A DNA stretch of 64,000 nucleotides from Pseudomonadota bacterium (GTDB lineage: Bacteria > Pseudomonadota > Gammaproteobacteria > UBA9214). Position numbers and translations under genes: made by a program. Shown here in pieces: positions 41,219 to 50,189 of the stretch. Numbering within the stretch: the first letter of the stretch is position 1; every line of letters starts with the position of its first letter. The DNA is taken from the NCBI GenBank assembly GCA_039714975.1, contig JBDLIH010000001.1, positions 34,756-98,755 on the forward strand, in the 5' to 3' direction. The notes beneath the pieces were generated by a model. It was not told where the DNA came from, ran no database searches, and saw nothing but the letters and a program-made list of their open reading frames with translations.

Positions 41219-42058
41219 TCACATTTGCAGGGCACTTTCATAACCGCTGTCGGCCGGTCCGGCGGGTGGAATCGCCATCGGAATGACATGGGGTTCTTCA
41301 CCAAACAGGATGCCCTTGACGCCGGCCACCACTTCCTGCATTTCCGGGGTAATGGTCCCGAAGGACTGGTTAAGCTGCTCCATCAGGGTTGCGCGGGCAA
41401 TCTCTTCCCGGGTACGTGCAATCAGGCTGGAGGTTTCCTGCATGTCGAGATAGATATCCGAGGCAATCACAGCCAGTGAGGAATTGGTCCTGCCACCGGA
41501 GCGCGCCACCAGCTTGTAGTATTGGCTAAACCGGTCACTCAGCCGCATACCGGAGCGCCCGCGCAGCGACGGCTGACTGGCAGTGGCCGATTGACCGGAC
41601 TCCTCACCAATCAACAGTTCCTGCAAGGTCCAGGACGTTTTCTTCTGACCCAGCTCCTTGCGAATGCGCTTCTCAAGACTGGAAGATGTGGCATTCACCG
41701 CAGTTTCCATCTCCGGCAGCCTGGCTGCCATAACATCCAGCATTTCGAGATAACTTTTTCCGAGTTGCCTGGCGATACGTTCACAGCCGGGATCACCTTC
41801 ATTTCCCTCGCATTTGCTTTCCAGGTAAAGCTTTTGCTGTTCATCCAGCTGGCCGATGACGGCCTGCAATCCGGTTTCCATCTCCGCTGCAACATTGCCG
41901 GTATGCCTGATTTCCTCCAGCACAGTCGTCGGGAACAACTTGATAGTCGGTGCGGTCGAACTTGCATAAGCGGCCACCGGCAGTAACAGACACCCGGTCA
42001 GCAGCATTCCGAGAAATTGCTGTGTACCTTTTCGTTCACAAATTATTGCTGTAATCAT
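41219..42058 (-). CDS. Uncharacterised secreted protein (first gene of seven-gene operon)
   Basis: Start ATG 42058 with AGGAGG RBS (M14 of track ORF). Signal peptide MITAIICERKGTQQFLGMLLTGCLLLPVAAYA. Helical, no family recognised. Confidence 0.5.
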   Translation of the reverse strand: MITAIICERKGTQQFLGMLLTGCLLLPVAAYASSTAPTIKLFPTTVLEEIRHTGNVAAEMETGLQAVIGQLDEQQKLYLESKCEGNEGDPGCERIARQLGKSYLEMLDVMAARLPEMETAVNATSSSLEKRIRKELGQKKTSWTLQELLIGEESGQSATASQPSLRGRSGMRLSDRFSQYYKLVARSGGRTNSSLAVIASDIYLDMQETSSLIARTREEIARATLMEQLNQSFGTITPEMQEVVAGVKGILFGEEPHVIPMAIPPAGPADSGYESALQM

Positions 42059-42370
42059 TGGGATCCCCTCCTTGCAGTTATTGATTTCATGGTTCACCTC
42101 GATGCCTTCATGTCCCTGTCTTTACGAGCTTTAATATAGGCAAGTGTTCCTGAACAGAACCTGAATGACGATGAAAAGACTGACAGTAATTGTCAACGAG
42201 AAAAAAAAGGCCGCGTATAGAGGCAACCGGCAACGGGAAGGAGACTTCAAGCAAACGACACTGGCAGAGAAAACCGTGTCTGGGAATATGAAGGGGCGTC
42301 TCCCGTCTTTTAGTAAATTCAGCCAGGCACGATTCCATAGTGCTATTCTATCTGATGCTGTCAAACACAA

Positions 42371-43342
42371 TTGCTCAAAGCTTATTCCCTCCGTCACCTT
42401 TTATCCCTATCATTCACCGGTACAGACAACATACCCGGGCGCATAGAATTGAGAAAAACTGTCGTATTTATACTTTCATCCAACTACAGCGGCTCACACT
42501 TCCTGTCGCTGTTAATCGGCAGCCACTCGCATGCAATGCACCTGGGTGAAACCCGACGACTTGCCTCATCAGGCAGCCGGGTTGCAAGCAAGGAAGAACC
42601 CCGATTTTGCTTCGTCTGTGGCAGCCATCAGGAATGCAGCCTGTTCAGGGGGATACAGGAAGTACCGCTTGAGGTGATTTACAGCCACCTTTTCATGCGT
42701 GCAAAGTCAGACACCAGTGTACTGGTTGACACTTCAAAAAAAACCGCATGGGCGCAGCAGTTTGAGAATAACCCTGATTATCGAATACTTTATATCCACC
42801 TGGTAAGGGACCCGAGAGCACTGGTACGCAGATGGTCACAATCCTACACAGACTTTACCGACCGGTTGAAACAAAGAAAAAAACAGTTAACAAAACGTCC
42901 GGCACTGGCATTTGCCCCGCAATGGAAGATCTATACTCACAAATGGCTGCACCAGAACAGGAAAATAACCGATTTTCTGAGCACAAGAGGAAGACAGGGA
43001 TACATCGTCTCCTACCATGACCTTGCAGCCTCAACACACAGTACACTCGCAGAACTGATGCAATGGCTCGGACTTGATTTTGAGCCCGGTCAGATTAATT
43101 ACTGGGAACACGAACATCATGGCACCCAGAAAGCCGACTATGGCTGGATCAACCAAAGTAATAGAACTTTCTTTGACCTGCGCTGGCAGGAAGACATTGC
43201 TGAAGAGGTTCAACAATCCATTGCAACCGACACGGATGTGCTTGCCTATCTCGATGGGATCGGTCTTGCACTTCATGATAACGGTCTGACTCGCATCAGG
43301 GAAGAAAAAGGGACACAGGAATCAAAAGCTTGCCAACCCTGA
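42371..43342 (+). CDS. Sulfotransferase-family protein (Stf0-like)
   Basis: VVFILSSNYSGSHFLSLL (5'-PSB-like P-loop, compare RSGST) and IHLVRDPRALV (3'-PB RDP motif). The track start at 42371 is TTG; the true start is probably the internal TTG near 42449 (LRKTVVFIL). Sits in an AT-richer patch. Confidence 0.55.
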   Translation: MLKAYSLRHLLSLSFTGTDNIPGRIELRKTVVFILSSNYSGSHFLSLLIGSHSHAMHLGETRRLASSGSRVASKEEPRFCFVCGSHQECSLFRGIQEVPLEVIYSHLFMRAKSDTSVLVDTSKKTAWAQQFENNPDYRILYIHLVRDPRALVRRWSQSYTDFTDRLKQRKKQLTKRPALAFAPQWKIYTHKWLHQNRKITDFLSTRGRQGYIVSYHDLAASTHSTLAELMQWLGLDFEPGQINYWEHEHHGTQKADYGWINQSNRTFFDLRWQEDIAEEVQQSIATDTDVLAYLDGIGLALHDNGLTRIREEKGTQESKACQP

Positions 43343-43458
43343 ATGGCCATTCCCACCGGCGGGCATTCAATTACAACTCTTAACCGGCAGCATCCCGGAT
43401 CAAAAACACGATATCGGCGGGGTGTTCTTCGTGACGGCCTTCTGCACTTTCAATCAGC

Positions 43459-44328
43459 CTATTCGAAGACAACCGTCCGGTTTACATAGACCAGGATATT
43501 GTGGTGCAGATGGTGCCATACGGCACGGGCCAGCACCATCTTCTCGAGGTCGCGTCCCTTGCGGATCATATCCTCGACAGAATCCTCGTGGCTGACGCGC
43601 ACCACGTCCTGTTCGATGATCGGTCCGGCATCCAGTTCGGCGATCGCATAATGACTGGTTGCGCCAATGATCTTCACTCCCCGCTCATGCGCGGAGTGGT
43701 AGGGCCGGACGCCGGGAAACGCCGGCAGAAAGGAATGATGGATATTAATGATCCGGTCCGTGTAGCTGTCGATCAGCCCGTCGCTCAGGATCTGCATGTA
43801 GCGCGCCAGTACGATGAAATCGATTTGGTACTGCTGCAGCAGTTCAAGCTGTTTGCGCTCCTGTTCCACCCGGTTCTCCGGAGTGATCGGCAGGTGCACA
43901 TAATCGATACCCAGCCGCGCAGCTGCAGTCTGCATATCGGTATGGTTACTGATAATCAGAGGGATCTCGACCTGCCACTCGCCGGCCTCGTAGCGGGCCA
44001 GGATATCGTAGAAACAGTGCGGCTGTTTTGACACAAACAGCGCCATGCGCGGCACTTCATCCGAGAAATGCAGCCGCCAGTTCATCGAGAAACGTTTTGC
44101 TACAAGGGTTTCAAAATACTCACCGATCTTCCCGTCGGCAATAACAAAATCATGCAGGTCCCATTCGATGCGCATGAAGAAGACCTGGCGCTCGGTATCC
44201 ACGTGCTGGTCCAGATACAGGATATTGCCACCGTTCTTGAAGATGAACTCGGTAATTGATATCACAATCCCCTTCTGATCCGGGCAGTGAATCAGCAGGA
44301 TTGCCGACTTCGGTGTTGTATTGTTCAC
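43459..44328 (-). CDS. purU: Formyltetrahydrofolate deformylase
   Basis: ACT domain ILLIHCPDQKGIV, formyltransferase core IINIHHSFLPAFPGVRPYHSAHERGVKIIGATSHY. Start taken at GTG 44328 (RBS AAGGGAAG) for a roughly 290 aa product. The longer track ORF would overlap the cupin gene. Confidence 0.85.
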   Translation of the reverse strand: MNNTTPKSAILLIHCPDQKGIVISITEFIFKNGGNILYLDQHVDTERQVFFMRIEWDLHDFVIADGKIGEYFETLVAKRFSMNWRLHFSDEVPRMALFVSKQPHCFYDILARYEAGEWQVEIPLIISNHTDMQTAAARLGIDYVHLPITPENRVEQERKQLELLQQYQIDFIVLARYMQILSDGLIDSYTDRIINIHHSFLPAFPGVRPYHSAHERGVKIIGATSHYAIAELDAGPIIEQDVVRVSHEDSVEDMIRKGRDLEKMVLARAVWHHLHHNILVYVNRTVVFE

Positions 44329-44347
44329 ATCGCTTCCCTTGAAAACA

Positions 44348-44752
44348 TCAGGACTCTGCAGTAAATCCAAAGGCCTTGTCGTGAACATAGACAAGCTTGC
44401 AGGCCTCCAGATATTTCGCATCGTGAATACGTCCACTGGTGATGTAACCGGTATCACCCTTGTTCAGGATCACGACCTCCCCCTCCGGGACCAGCCCGTC
44501 TGCCGTGCGAGTATAGAACCGGATCGCCATCCTGCCTTCCACCACCACGGTCATGTCATCACCGGGATGGGAGTGTGGCGGCTCCTCGCTACCGGCTTCC
44601 CATTGTTCCAGCATGACTTCAACGCCGTCAGGATTAGTGGGGACGGTTGTTCTCAGAGAAAAGCCATCCGGAGTATCCGGAATGGTTATATGATTATTCC
44701 AAACGGCACTTGTGGATGCAATCACATCAGGCCCCTGGTTGTTTCTGGACAT
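44348..44752 (-). CDS. Cupin-domain protein
   Basis: 134 aa, PHSHPGDDMTVVVEG...G (cupin motifs 1 and 2). Strong AGGAGA RBS. Confidence 0.65.
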   Translation of the reverse strand: MSRNNQGPDVIASTSAVWNNHITIPDTPDGFSLRTTVPTNPDGVEVMLEQWEAGSEEPPHSHPGDDMTVVVEGRMAIRFYTRTADGLVPEGEVVILNKGDTGYITSGRIHDAKYLEACKLVYVHDKAFGFTAES

Positions 44753-44804
44753 ACGGTATCTCCTTTTTTGTTGCGAATAACAGGGTAATGACCATTAATT
44801 CAAG

Positions 44805-44840
44805 CCCCTCTCCCCAACCCTCTCCCGGAGGGAGAGGGAG
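44805..44840 (-). terminator. GC-rich hairpin downstream of hda (putative terminator)
   Basis: CCCTCTCCC GGA GGGAGAGGG perfect 9 bp stem with 3 nt loop, preceded by a second CCCCTCTCCCC copy, about 35 nt after the hda stop. The trailing U-run is weak. Confidence 0.35.
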
Positions 44841-44872
44841 CAAACAATACAACAATGTGTTGATCATGCAGA

Positions 44873-45577
44873 CTAGCGGTTACTATCGAGCACGGACTTG
44901 ACGAAGGGTACCGTGAGGCGGCGCTGTTCAATCAACGAGGCCATATCCAGGGTATCGAACAGTGCGAACAGGGTTTGCAGATCACGCGGAAAACGCCGCA
45001 GCAGATATTGCGCGGTCTCTTCCGGCAACTCCAGCCCACGCGCCTGCGCCCGACAACCCAGCGCCGCGATCATTTCACCCTCGCCCAGCGATTTCAACAC
45101 GTAGGTCAGGCCCCAGCCTAATCTCGATACCAGATCGGGCAGCAGAAACCCCGCTTGATCCGGGCGTTTCTCACCGGCAATTAATAACGTACCACCGGTC
45201 TGCCTGACACGATTAAACAGGTCGAATAAACCACGTTCCCAGTCGTCATGTCCGGCAATGGCTGACACGTCATCAATACAGACAAGATCCAGCTGTTCAA
45301 GGTCATCGAATACAGTCACCGTATATTCAAGCAGCTCCTGTAACGGCAGGTAGCTTGTTGTGCGTCCACTTTGAACGGCAGCGTGACACGCGGCCTGTAG
45401 CAGATGCGTCTTGCCCATACCTTCTTCACCGGCCACATAGACAAGCGATTCGCCCACTCCGGTCGCCGACTGCTTCAGCCCATCTACAGTCTCCAGGTTT
45501 TGGCCCGGAAAGAAAGTGTTGAAACGGGCACTGTCCCTGAGTGCAAGTCCGAGTGGTAATTGGGGATGACTGTTCAT
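44873..45577 (-). CDS. hda: DnaA regulatory inactivator Hda
   Basis: Start MNSHPQLPLGLALRDSARFNTF (ATG 45577) parallels the E. coli Hda N-terminus. Walker A GEEGMGKTHLL and AAA+ DnaA-like fold. Confidence 0.88.
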   Translation of the reverse strand: MNSHPQLPLGLALRDSARFNTFFPGQNLETVDGLKQSATGVGESLVYVAGEEGMGKTHLLQAACHAAVQSGRTTSYLPLQELLEYTVTVFDDLEQLDLVCIDDVSAIAGHDDWERGLFDLFNRVRQTGGTLLIAGEKRPDQAGFLLPDLVSRLGWGLTYVLKSLGEGEMIAALGCRAQARGLELPEETAQYLLRRFPRDLQTLFALFDTLDMASLIEQRRLTVPFVKSVLDSNR

Positions 45578-45655
45578 TGAAAAGCATGACGTCATTACCG
45601 CTGGCGCGGGCATGACGTGATTATGTTCAGGGACTGATGCTGTCCTGGTGTCCTG

Positions 45656-46210
45656 TTAATCCTGGCCTCGCTTGTTCAATGCCCGCCGACCCCATGTCCA
45701 GACGTAATCAAAACCGCTCCAGAGGGTCGTTGCCAGTACACTGTACAAAATGATGTCCAGCCATAATGGCGGCAGTTCATGGATTCCCTGGCTAAAAATA
45801 ACGGCCAGTACCAGCAGGATCTGGGCAAAGGTATTCAGCTTGCTGACCATGCTTGGCTCGGCTTCAAGGCGTTCGACACGCATATGAAACATGATGGCAC
45901 CGCCAACGATAACCAGGTCACGCAGCACTACCAGTGCGACCAGCCACAGGGGTATCCAGCCCATCCACCCGAGCGTCACAAAACAGGATACCAGCAGGAG
46001 TTTGTCGGCCAACGGGTCCATCAATGCGCCCAGGCGACTGGTCCAGTTGTTACGCTTGGCCAGGTAGCCATCCAGCCCATCGGATAAACCGGCAACACCA
46101 AAAAGAATCAGGGCCGCACCAAAACGTTCATTCAACAGCAGCATAACGACGGGCGGCACCAGTAAAAAACGGAAGCCCGTTATCAGGTTGGGTATATCGC
46201 GAGCCTTCAC
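45656..46210 (-). CDS. CDP-alcohol phosphatidyltransferase family protein (PgsA-like)
   Basis: DGLDGYLAKRNNWTSRLGALMDPLADK (D-G-x2-A-R...G-x3-D-x3-D motif) and multiple TMs. 184 aa. Confidence 0.8.
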   Translation of the reverse strand: MKARDIPNLITGFRFLLVPPVVMLLLNERFGAALILFGVAGLSDGLDGYLAKRNNWTSRLGALMDPLADKLLLVSCFVTLGWMGWIPLWLVALVVLRDLVIVGGAIMFHMRVERLEAEPSMVSKLNTFAQILLVLAVIFSQGIHELPPLWLDIILYSVLATTLWSGFDYVWTWGRRALNKRGQD

Positions 46211-47262
46211 TGGCGCAGACGGTAGCTACCCGGAATATCCGTTATGACCGGTTCCAGTACCGTGCCGATGGTAACAGTACGCGTCAAATCCTCCAGGCTG
46301 CCACTGAGCTGCAGCGCATAATCAATTTCTGCACCCGCCACCTGCTCCACCTGTACATCAACCACGGCTGTCAGCCCCCTGAGATAGGCACTGAGGCGTG
46401 CATAGTCAGACAACGAATCCACCCCGGACACGGATATGCTGACCGTGTTCAGGTTCCCGCCGCCCCGCGCAACCGCAAAGCGCGATGCCAGTATGTCCGC
46501 GGTATCATCAATCCCCTGCTGCGACAGCTTGTCCAGTTGCTTCCGACTGTCCGACCAGGCGGAGGGCTTACCCGCAACCTCCAGATGCCAGCGTGACGAC
46601 CAGCCACCGGAGGGACTGCGGTTCAGGCGCCCGATCAATACTGCCTGCGGGTTATAGCGTCTGGATGCCGCCATCACGTTTTCAAAGAAACCACCCCAGA
46701 TGTCCGAGAACCGTACCTGTGACTGGTCCTCAAGATCCATCAATGGAAACACGATGGGCACGCCACGCTGCTTCGCTGCCAGTGCAATCTGCTGATGCAC
46801 ATCCGTGTCATCAGCAGCGGAAACCACATAACGTTTGCCACGATCTTCCACCGCCAGCCACACAAGTGTGTCCGGACGTTCATTTCCCCAGTAGGTTTGA
46901 CCCTGCTGCTGCAGTGACTTGCGGATCGCATCCCCGTCAAAACGCACCCACAGTTTCAGCAACGGCGGCTCACTCCCGGGCTCGTTAAAATACCGGTATT
47001 GCTGTACCAGCGCGTCGGGTTTCTTCAGCATCTGTTTCGCCGTTGCGGTCGTCAGCACCGTATCCTGACCGGCGACCCGTACCAGCACCTCCTGCAGCGC
47101 AGAGCGCATGGCACGGCTGCGCACGCCCGTCGTCTGGTTTGGCACCACCACCTCGGCATCGAACAGGTCCTGCGTGGCGGCCCGGACAGTGGCAGCCGGC
47201 AGCAACAGTAGCAGGCAGAGAAGACCGGCCAGAAAGGTACTGCTTTGTTGATATTTATCCAT
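46207..47262 (-). CDS. DUF2066 domain periplasmic protein
   Basis: 351 aa with signal peptide. Occupies the conserved position between purM and hda seen in pseudomonads. Confidence 0.6.
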   Translation of the reverse strand: MDKYQQSSTFLAGLLCLLLLLPAATVRAATQDLFDAEVVVPNQTTGVRSRAMRSALQEVLVRVAGQDTVLTTATAKQMLKKPDALVQQYRYFNEPGSEPPLLKLWVRFDGDAIRKSLQQQGQTYWGNERPDTLVWLAVEDRGKRYVVSAADDTDVHQQIALAAKQRGVPIVFPLMDLEDQSQVRFSDIWGGFFENVMAASRRYNPQAVLIGRLNRSPSGGWSSRWHLEVAGKPSAWSDSRKQLDKLSQQGIDDTADILASRFAVARGGGNLNTVSISVSGVDSLSDYARLSAYLRGLTAVVDVQVEQVAGAEIDYALQLSGSLEDLTRTVTIGTVLEPVITDIPGSYRLRQ

Positions 47263-47406
47263 GCGTTATCACATCAGGTTAAGGAATGCCGTAAAGCATA
47301 CGGGTATCTGCAGAATTTGACCATATCACAAACTGCGGTTTACACCGGTTGCAGGCGGCCGCTACCATAGCGCCCCTGCACAATTCGGTATCGGGAGAGT
47401 CCGCGC

Positions 47407-48453
47407 GTGAGCGTACCAGACAACAAACAGGCTTTAAATTACCGGGATGCCGGCGTCGACATCGATGCCGGCAGCGAGTTGATCGAACGCATCAAACCGG
47501 CGGTGGCCAGGACCCGCCGCCCGGGCGTACTTGCCGGCCTCGGTGGCTTTGGTGCCCTGTTCGAATTACCGCTGGACCGCTACCGCGAACCGGTGCTGGT
47601 CTCGGGTACCGATGGTGTCGGCACCAAGCTGAAACTGGCCATGGAGGCCGGGCAGCATGACAGCATTGGTATCGACCTGGTGGCGATGTGTGTCAATGAC
47701 ATCGTGGTGGCCGGCGCCGAGCCCTTGTTTTTTCTGGATTACTACGCTACCGGAAAACTCGACCTCGATGTCGCGACCGATGTCATCAAGGGCATCGCCA
47801 GGGGCTGCGAACTCTCGGGCGCGGCGCTGGTCGGTGGCGAGACGGCGGAAATGCCGGGGATGTACAGCGACGGTGATTATGATCTCGCCGGTTTCAGTGT
47901 CGGCATTGTCGAGAAATCCGCCATCCTTGATGGCAGCGCTGTCAAACCCGGCGATACCCTCATTGGCCTGTCCTCATCAGGCCCGCATTCAAACGGTTAC
48001 TCGCTGATACGCAAGATCATCGAGGTCAGCGGCAGCTCGCTGGATGATGACCTCAATGGACGCCCGCTGGCAGAGTGGCTGCTGGCGCCGACGCATATCT
48101 ACGTAAAACCCTTGCTGTCGCTGTTCAAGCAGGTCCCGGTTCATGCCCTCGCCCATATCACCGGCGGTGGGCTGTCCGAAAACCTGCCGCGGGTATTACC
48201 CGAGAACACCTGCGCAGTCATCGACACGGGTTCATGGCAGCAGTCAGCGGTGTTCGAGTGGTTACAGCACAACGGCAAAGTCGAGACACAGGAGATGTAC
48301 CGCACCTTCAACTGCGGAATTGGCATGGTCGTGTGTGTCGCAGCAGCGGATGCAGCGACGACGGTGGCACACCTGAAGGACCAGGGTGAGGACGCCCGCA
48401 TCATCGGCCATGTTGACCAGGGTGAAGGCGTGCCCGTCGTCAGGTTCGACTAG
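47407..48453 (+). CDS. purM: Phosphoribosylformylglycinamidine cyclo-ligase
   Basis: [20 protein letters not shown]...GGFGALF...[11 protein letters not shown]: colinear with PurM. 348 aa. Confidence 0.95.
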   Translation: MSVPDNKQALNYRDAGVDIDAGSELIERIKPAVARTRRPGVLAGLGGFGALFELPLDRYREPVLVSGTDGVGTKLKLAMEAGQHDSIGIDLVAMCVNDIVVAGAEPLFFLDYYATGKLDLDVATDVIKGIARGCELSGAALVGGETAEMPGMYSDGDYDLAGFSVGIVEKSAILDGSAVKPGDTLIGLSSSGPHSNGYSLIRKIIEVSGSSLDDDLNGRPLAEWLLAPTHIYVKPLLSLFKQVPVHALAHITGGGLSENLPRVLPENTCAVIDTGSWQQSAVFEWLQHNGKVETQEMYRTFNCGIGMVVCVAAADAATTVAHLKDQGEDARIIGHVDQGEGVPVVRFD

Positions 48454-48483
48454 CTGGCGGCCATCCATAAACACCGTAATTTC

Positions 48484-48570
48484 TCTCGCCAAGGCGCAAA
48501 GATCGCAAAGAAAAACATACCGTTAGAACAGTACGATTTTAACTTTGCGATCTTTGCGTCTTGGCGAGAA
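48484..48570. repeat. Near-perfect 27 bp inverted repeat with 32 nt loop between purM and purN
   Basis: CTCGCCAAGGCGCAAAGATCGCAAAG (48485-48510) and CTTTGCGATCTTTGCGTCTTGGCGAG (48544-48569) with a single G/A difference (G-U in RNA), followed by AATTATTCTTTCT. Confidence 0.7.
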
Positions 48571-48611
48571 TTATTCTTTCTGGATAGACAGTAGTAAAGC
48601 ACAGAGCACTT

Positions 48612-49292
48612 ATGACCGACCCTGCAGCCTCTCCTCTCCCTGTTGTCATCCTGATTTCCGGACGCGGCAGCAACCTGCAGGCCATCATTGCAGCCGTTGC
48701 CGACGATGCGCTGCCGGTCGATATCCGTGCCGTCATCAGTAACCGTCCGAATGCCACCGGTCTGCAAGGGGCGGCACAGGCAGGCATTGCAACAGCCATT
48801 GTCGATCACACTCTGTATACAGACCGGCGGGCATTCGACCAAGCCTTGCAGGCGTGCATCGATCAGTATCAGCCGGGACTGGTGATCCTGGCAGGTTTTA
48901 TGCGCATCCTGAGCGCGGACTTCGTCGATCATTACCGCGGACGCATGTTGAACATCCACCCCTCACTGCTACCGGACTTCCCCGGTCTGAACACCCATCA
49001 ACGGGTACTGGATGCCGGCAATGAAGTACATGGCGCCAGCGTTCATTTCGTGACTGCGGACGTGGACGGCGGACCGGTCGTGCTGCAGGCACGTGTACCG
49101 GTACATACTGACGATACCGCTGAAAGCCTCGCTGCGCGGGTGCTGGAACAGGAACACCAGCTTTATCCGATGGCAATCCGCTGGTTTGCCAGACGTCGGC
49201 TGACACTCGGTGAAAAAGGACAAGCAGTACTCGACGGTGTCATACTGACTGAACCTCGACAACTGTCTGCGATTGTGAGTGAAGCCTGCTGA
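48612..49292 (+). CDS. purN: Phosphoribosylglycinamide formyltransferase
   Basis: VVILISGRGSNLQAII...NIHPSLLPDFPGLNTHQ...: PurN motifs. 226 aa. Confidence 0.93.
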   Translation: MTDPAASPLPVVILISGRGSNLQAIIAAVADDALPVDIRAVISNRPNATGLQGAAQAGIATAIVDHTLYTDRRAFDQALQACIDQYQPGLVILAGFMRILSADFVDHYRGRMLNIHPSLLPDFPGLNTHQRVLDAGNEVHGASVHFVTADVDGGPVVLQARVPVHTDDTAESLAARVLEQEHQLYPMAIRWFARRRLTLGEKGQAVLDGVILTEPRQLSAIVSEAC

Positions 49293-50026
49293 TGAGACGG
49301 CTCAACCTGTCACTGCTGCTGTTCACAGGGATGCTACTGACCGTCGCGGCCGCGGCTGCGCCGCTGCCGGATTTCGAGGCCAGTTACAAACTCGAGCAAC
49401 ACGGCCTGCGTATCGGCACCGCCACCCTCGCATTGCACACAGATGAGCAGGGACAGTACCAGTACGAATTTCGCAGTCGGCCAACCGGCTGGATCTCCTG
49501 GCTGATTAATAACCAGTTACACGAAAGCAGTCGCGGGAAAACCATAGCCGGCGGCATCCGTCCGGACGAATATCACTACCAGCTCAGTGGTGGCAAACGA
49601 CGGGAGGCCAACCTGTCATTTGACTGGGAATCCATGACGGTTGAGAATCATGTCGCCGGCAGTCACTGGGAGATGGATATCCCGGCCGGCACACTCGACA
49701 AGCTGGCCACACAACTGGGCATGATGATCGCCCTTGGCCAGGGCCGGCAGGATGTCACCTTCACTGTCGCTGATGGCGGCATACTCAAGGAATACCGTTA
49801 CCGGGTCATCGGCAAGGAGACCCTGGATCTGCCTGCGGGCACCCTCAAGACCGTCAAGGTCGCCAGGCTGCGCAAGGATATCGACCAGGAAACCATTATC
49901 TGGTTTGCCCCGTCATTGCACTACCTGCCGGTACGCATCAGGCGACGCGACAGTGATGACGAGGAATATCTAAGCGACCTGGAGGAATTCAGCCGGTCGC
50001 TCTGGGGGAAGCAAAACAAGCGTTAG
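49292..50026 (+). CDS. DUF3108 domain protein
   Basis: 244 aa with signal peptide. Conserved neighbour downstream of purN in pseudomonad-like synteny. Start overlaps the purN stop. Confidence 0.6.
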   Translation: MRRLNLSLLLFTGMLLTVAAAAAPLPDFEASYKLEQHGLRIGTATLALHTDEQGQYQYEFRSRPTGWISWLINNQLHESSRGKTIAGGIRPDEYHYQLSGGKRREANLSFDWESMTVENHVAGSHWEMDIPAGTLDKLATQLGMMIALGQGRQDVTFTVADGGILKEYRYRVIGKETLDLPAGTLKTVKVARLRKDIDQETIIWFAPSLHYLPVRIRRRDSDDEEYLSDLEEFSRSLWGKQNKR

Positions 50027-50035
50027 CCGATCCCG

Positions 50036-50180
50036 TCATTCCCGCGAAAACGGGACAAAAGCGCGTAGCACGTTGAACGCCCAAAGGGCGGCCCGAAAGG
50101 GTGAGCATAGCGAATTATCCAGTAACGCATAGAAATTGATTTCTGGATTCCGGGTCTTCGCTACGCTCCGCCCGGAATGA
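50036..50180. repeat. Nested imperfect palindromic element with GNRA-like mini-hairpins between convergent DUF3108 gene and dcd
   Basis: Outer CGTCATTCCCGCG / CGCCCGGAATGACG, inner GCGTAGC / GCTACGC, and internal GCCCAAAGGGC and CCCGAAAGGG hairpins. Contains GGATTCCGGG, reminiscent of the CACGRAA repeat family arms. Confidence 0.4.
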
Positions 50181-50189
50181 CGTATTTCT

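Noticed and set aside
42371-42448. Track start of the sulfotransferase ORF at 42371
   Set aside because: The codon is TTG without an RBS. The conserved P-loop begins about 30 codons downstream, so an internal TTG (about 42449) is more likely the true start. The feature is reported with the track coordinates but flagged.
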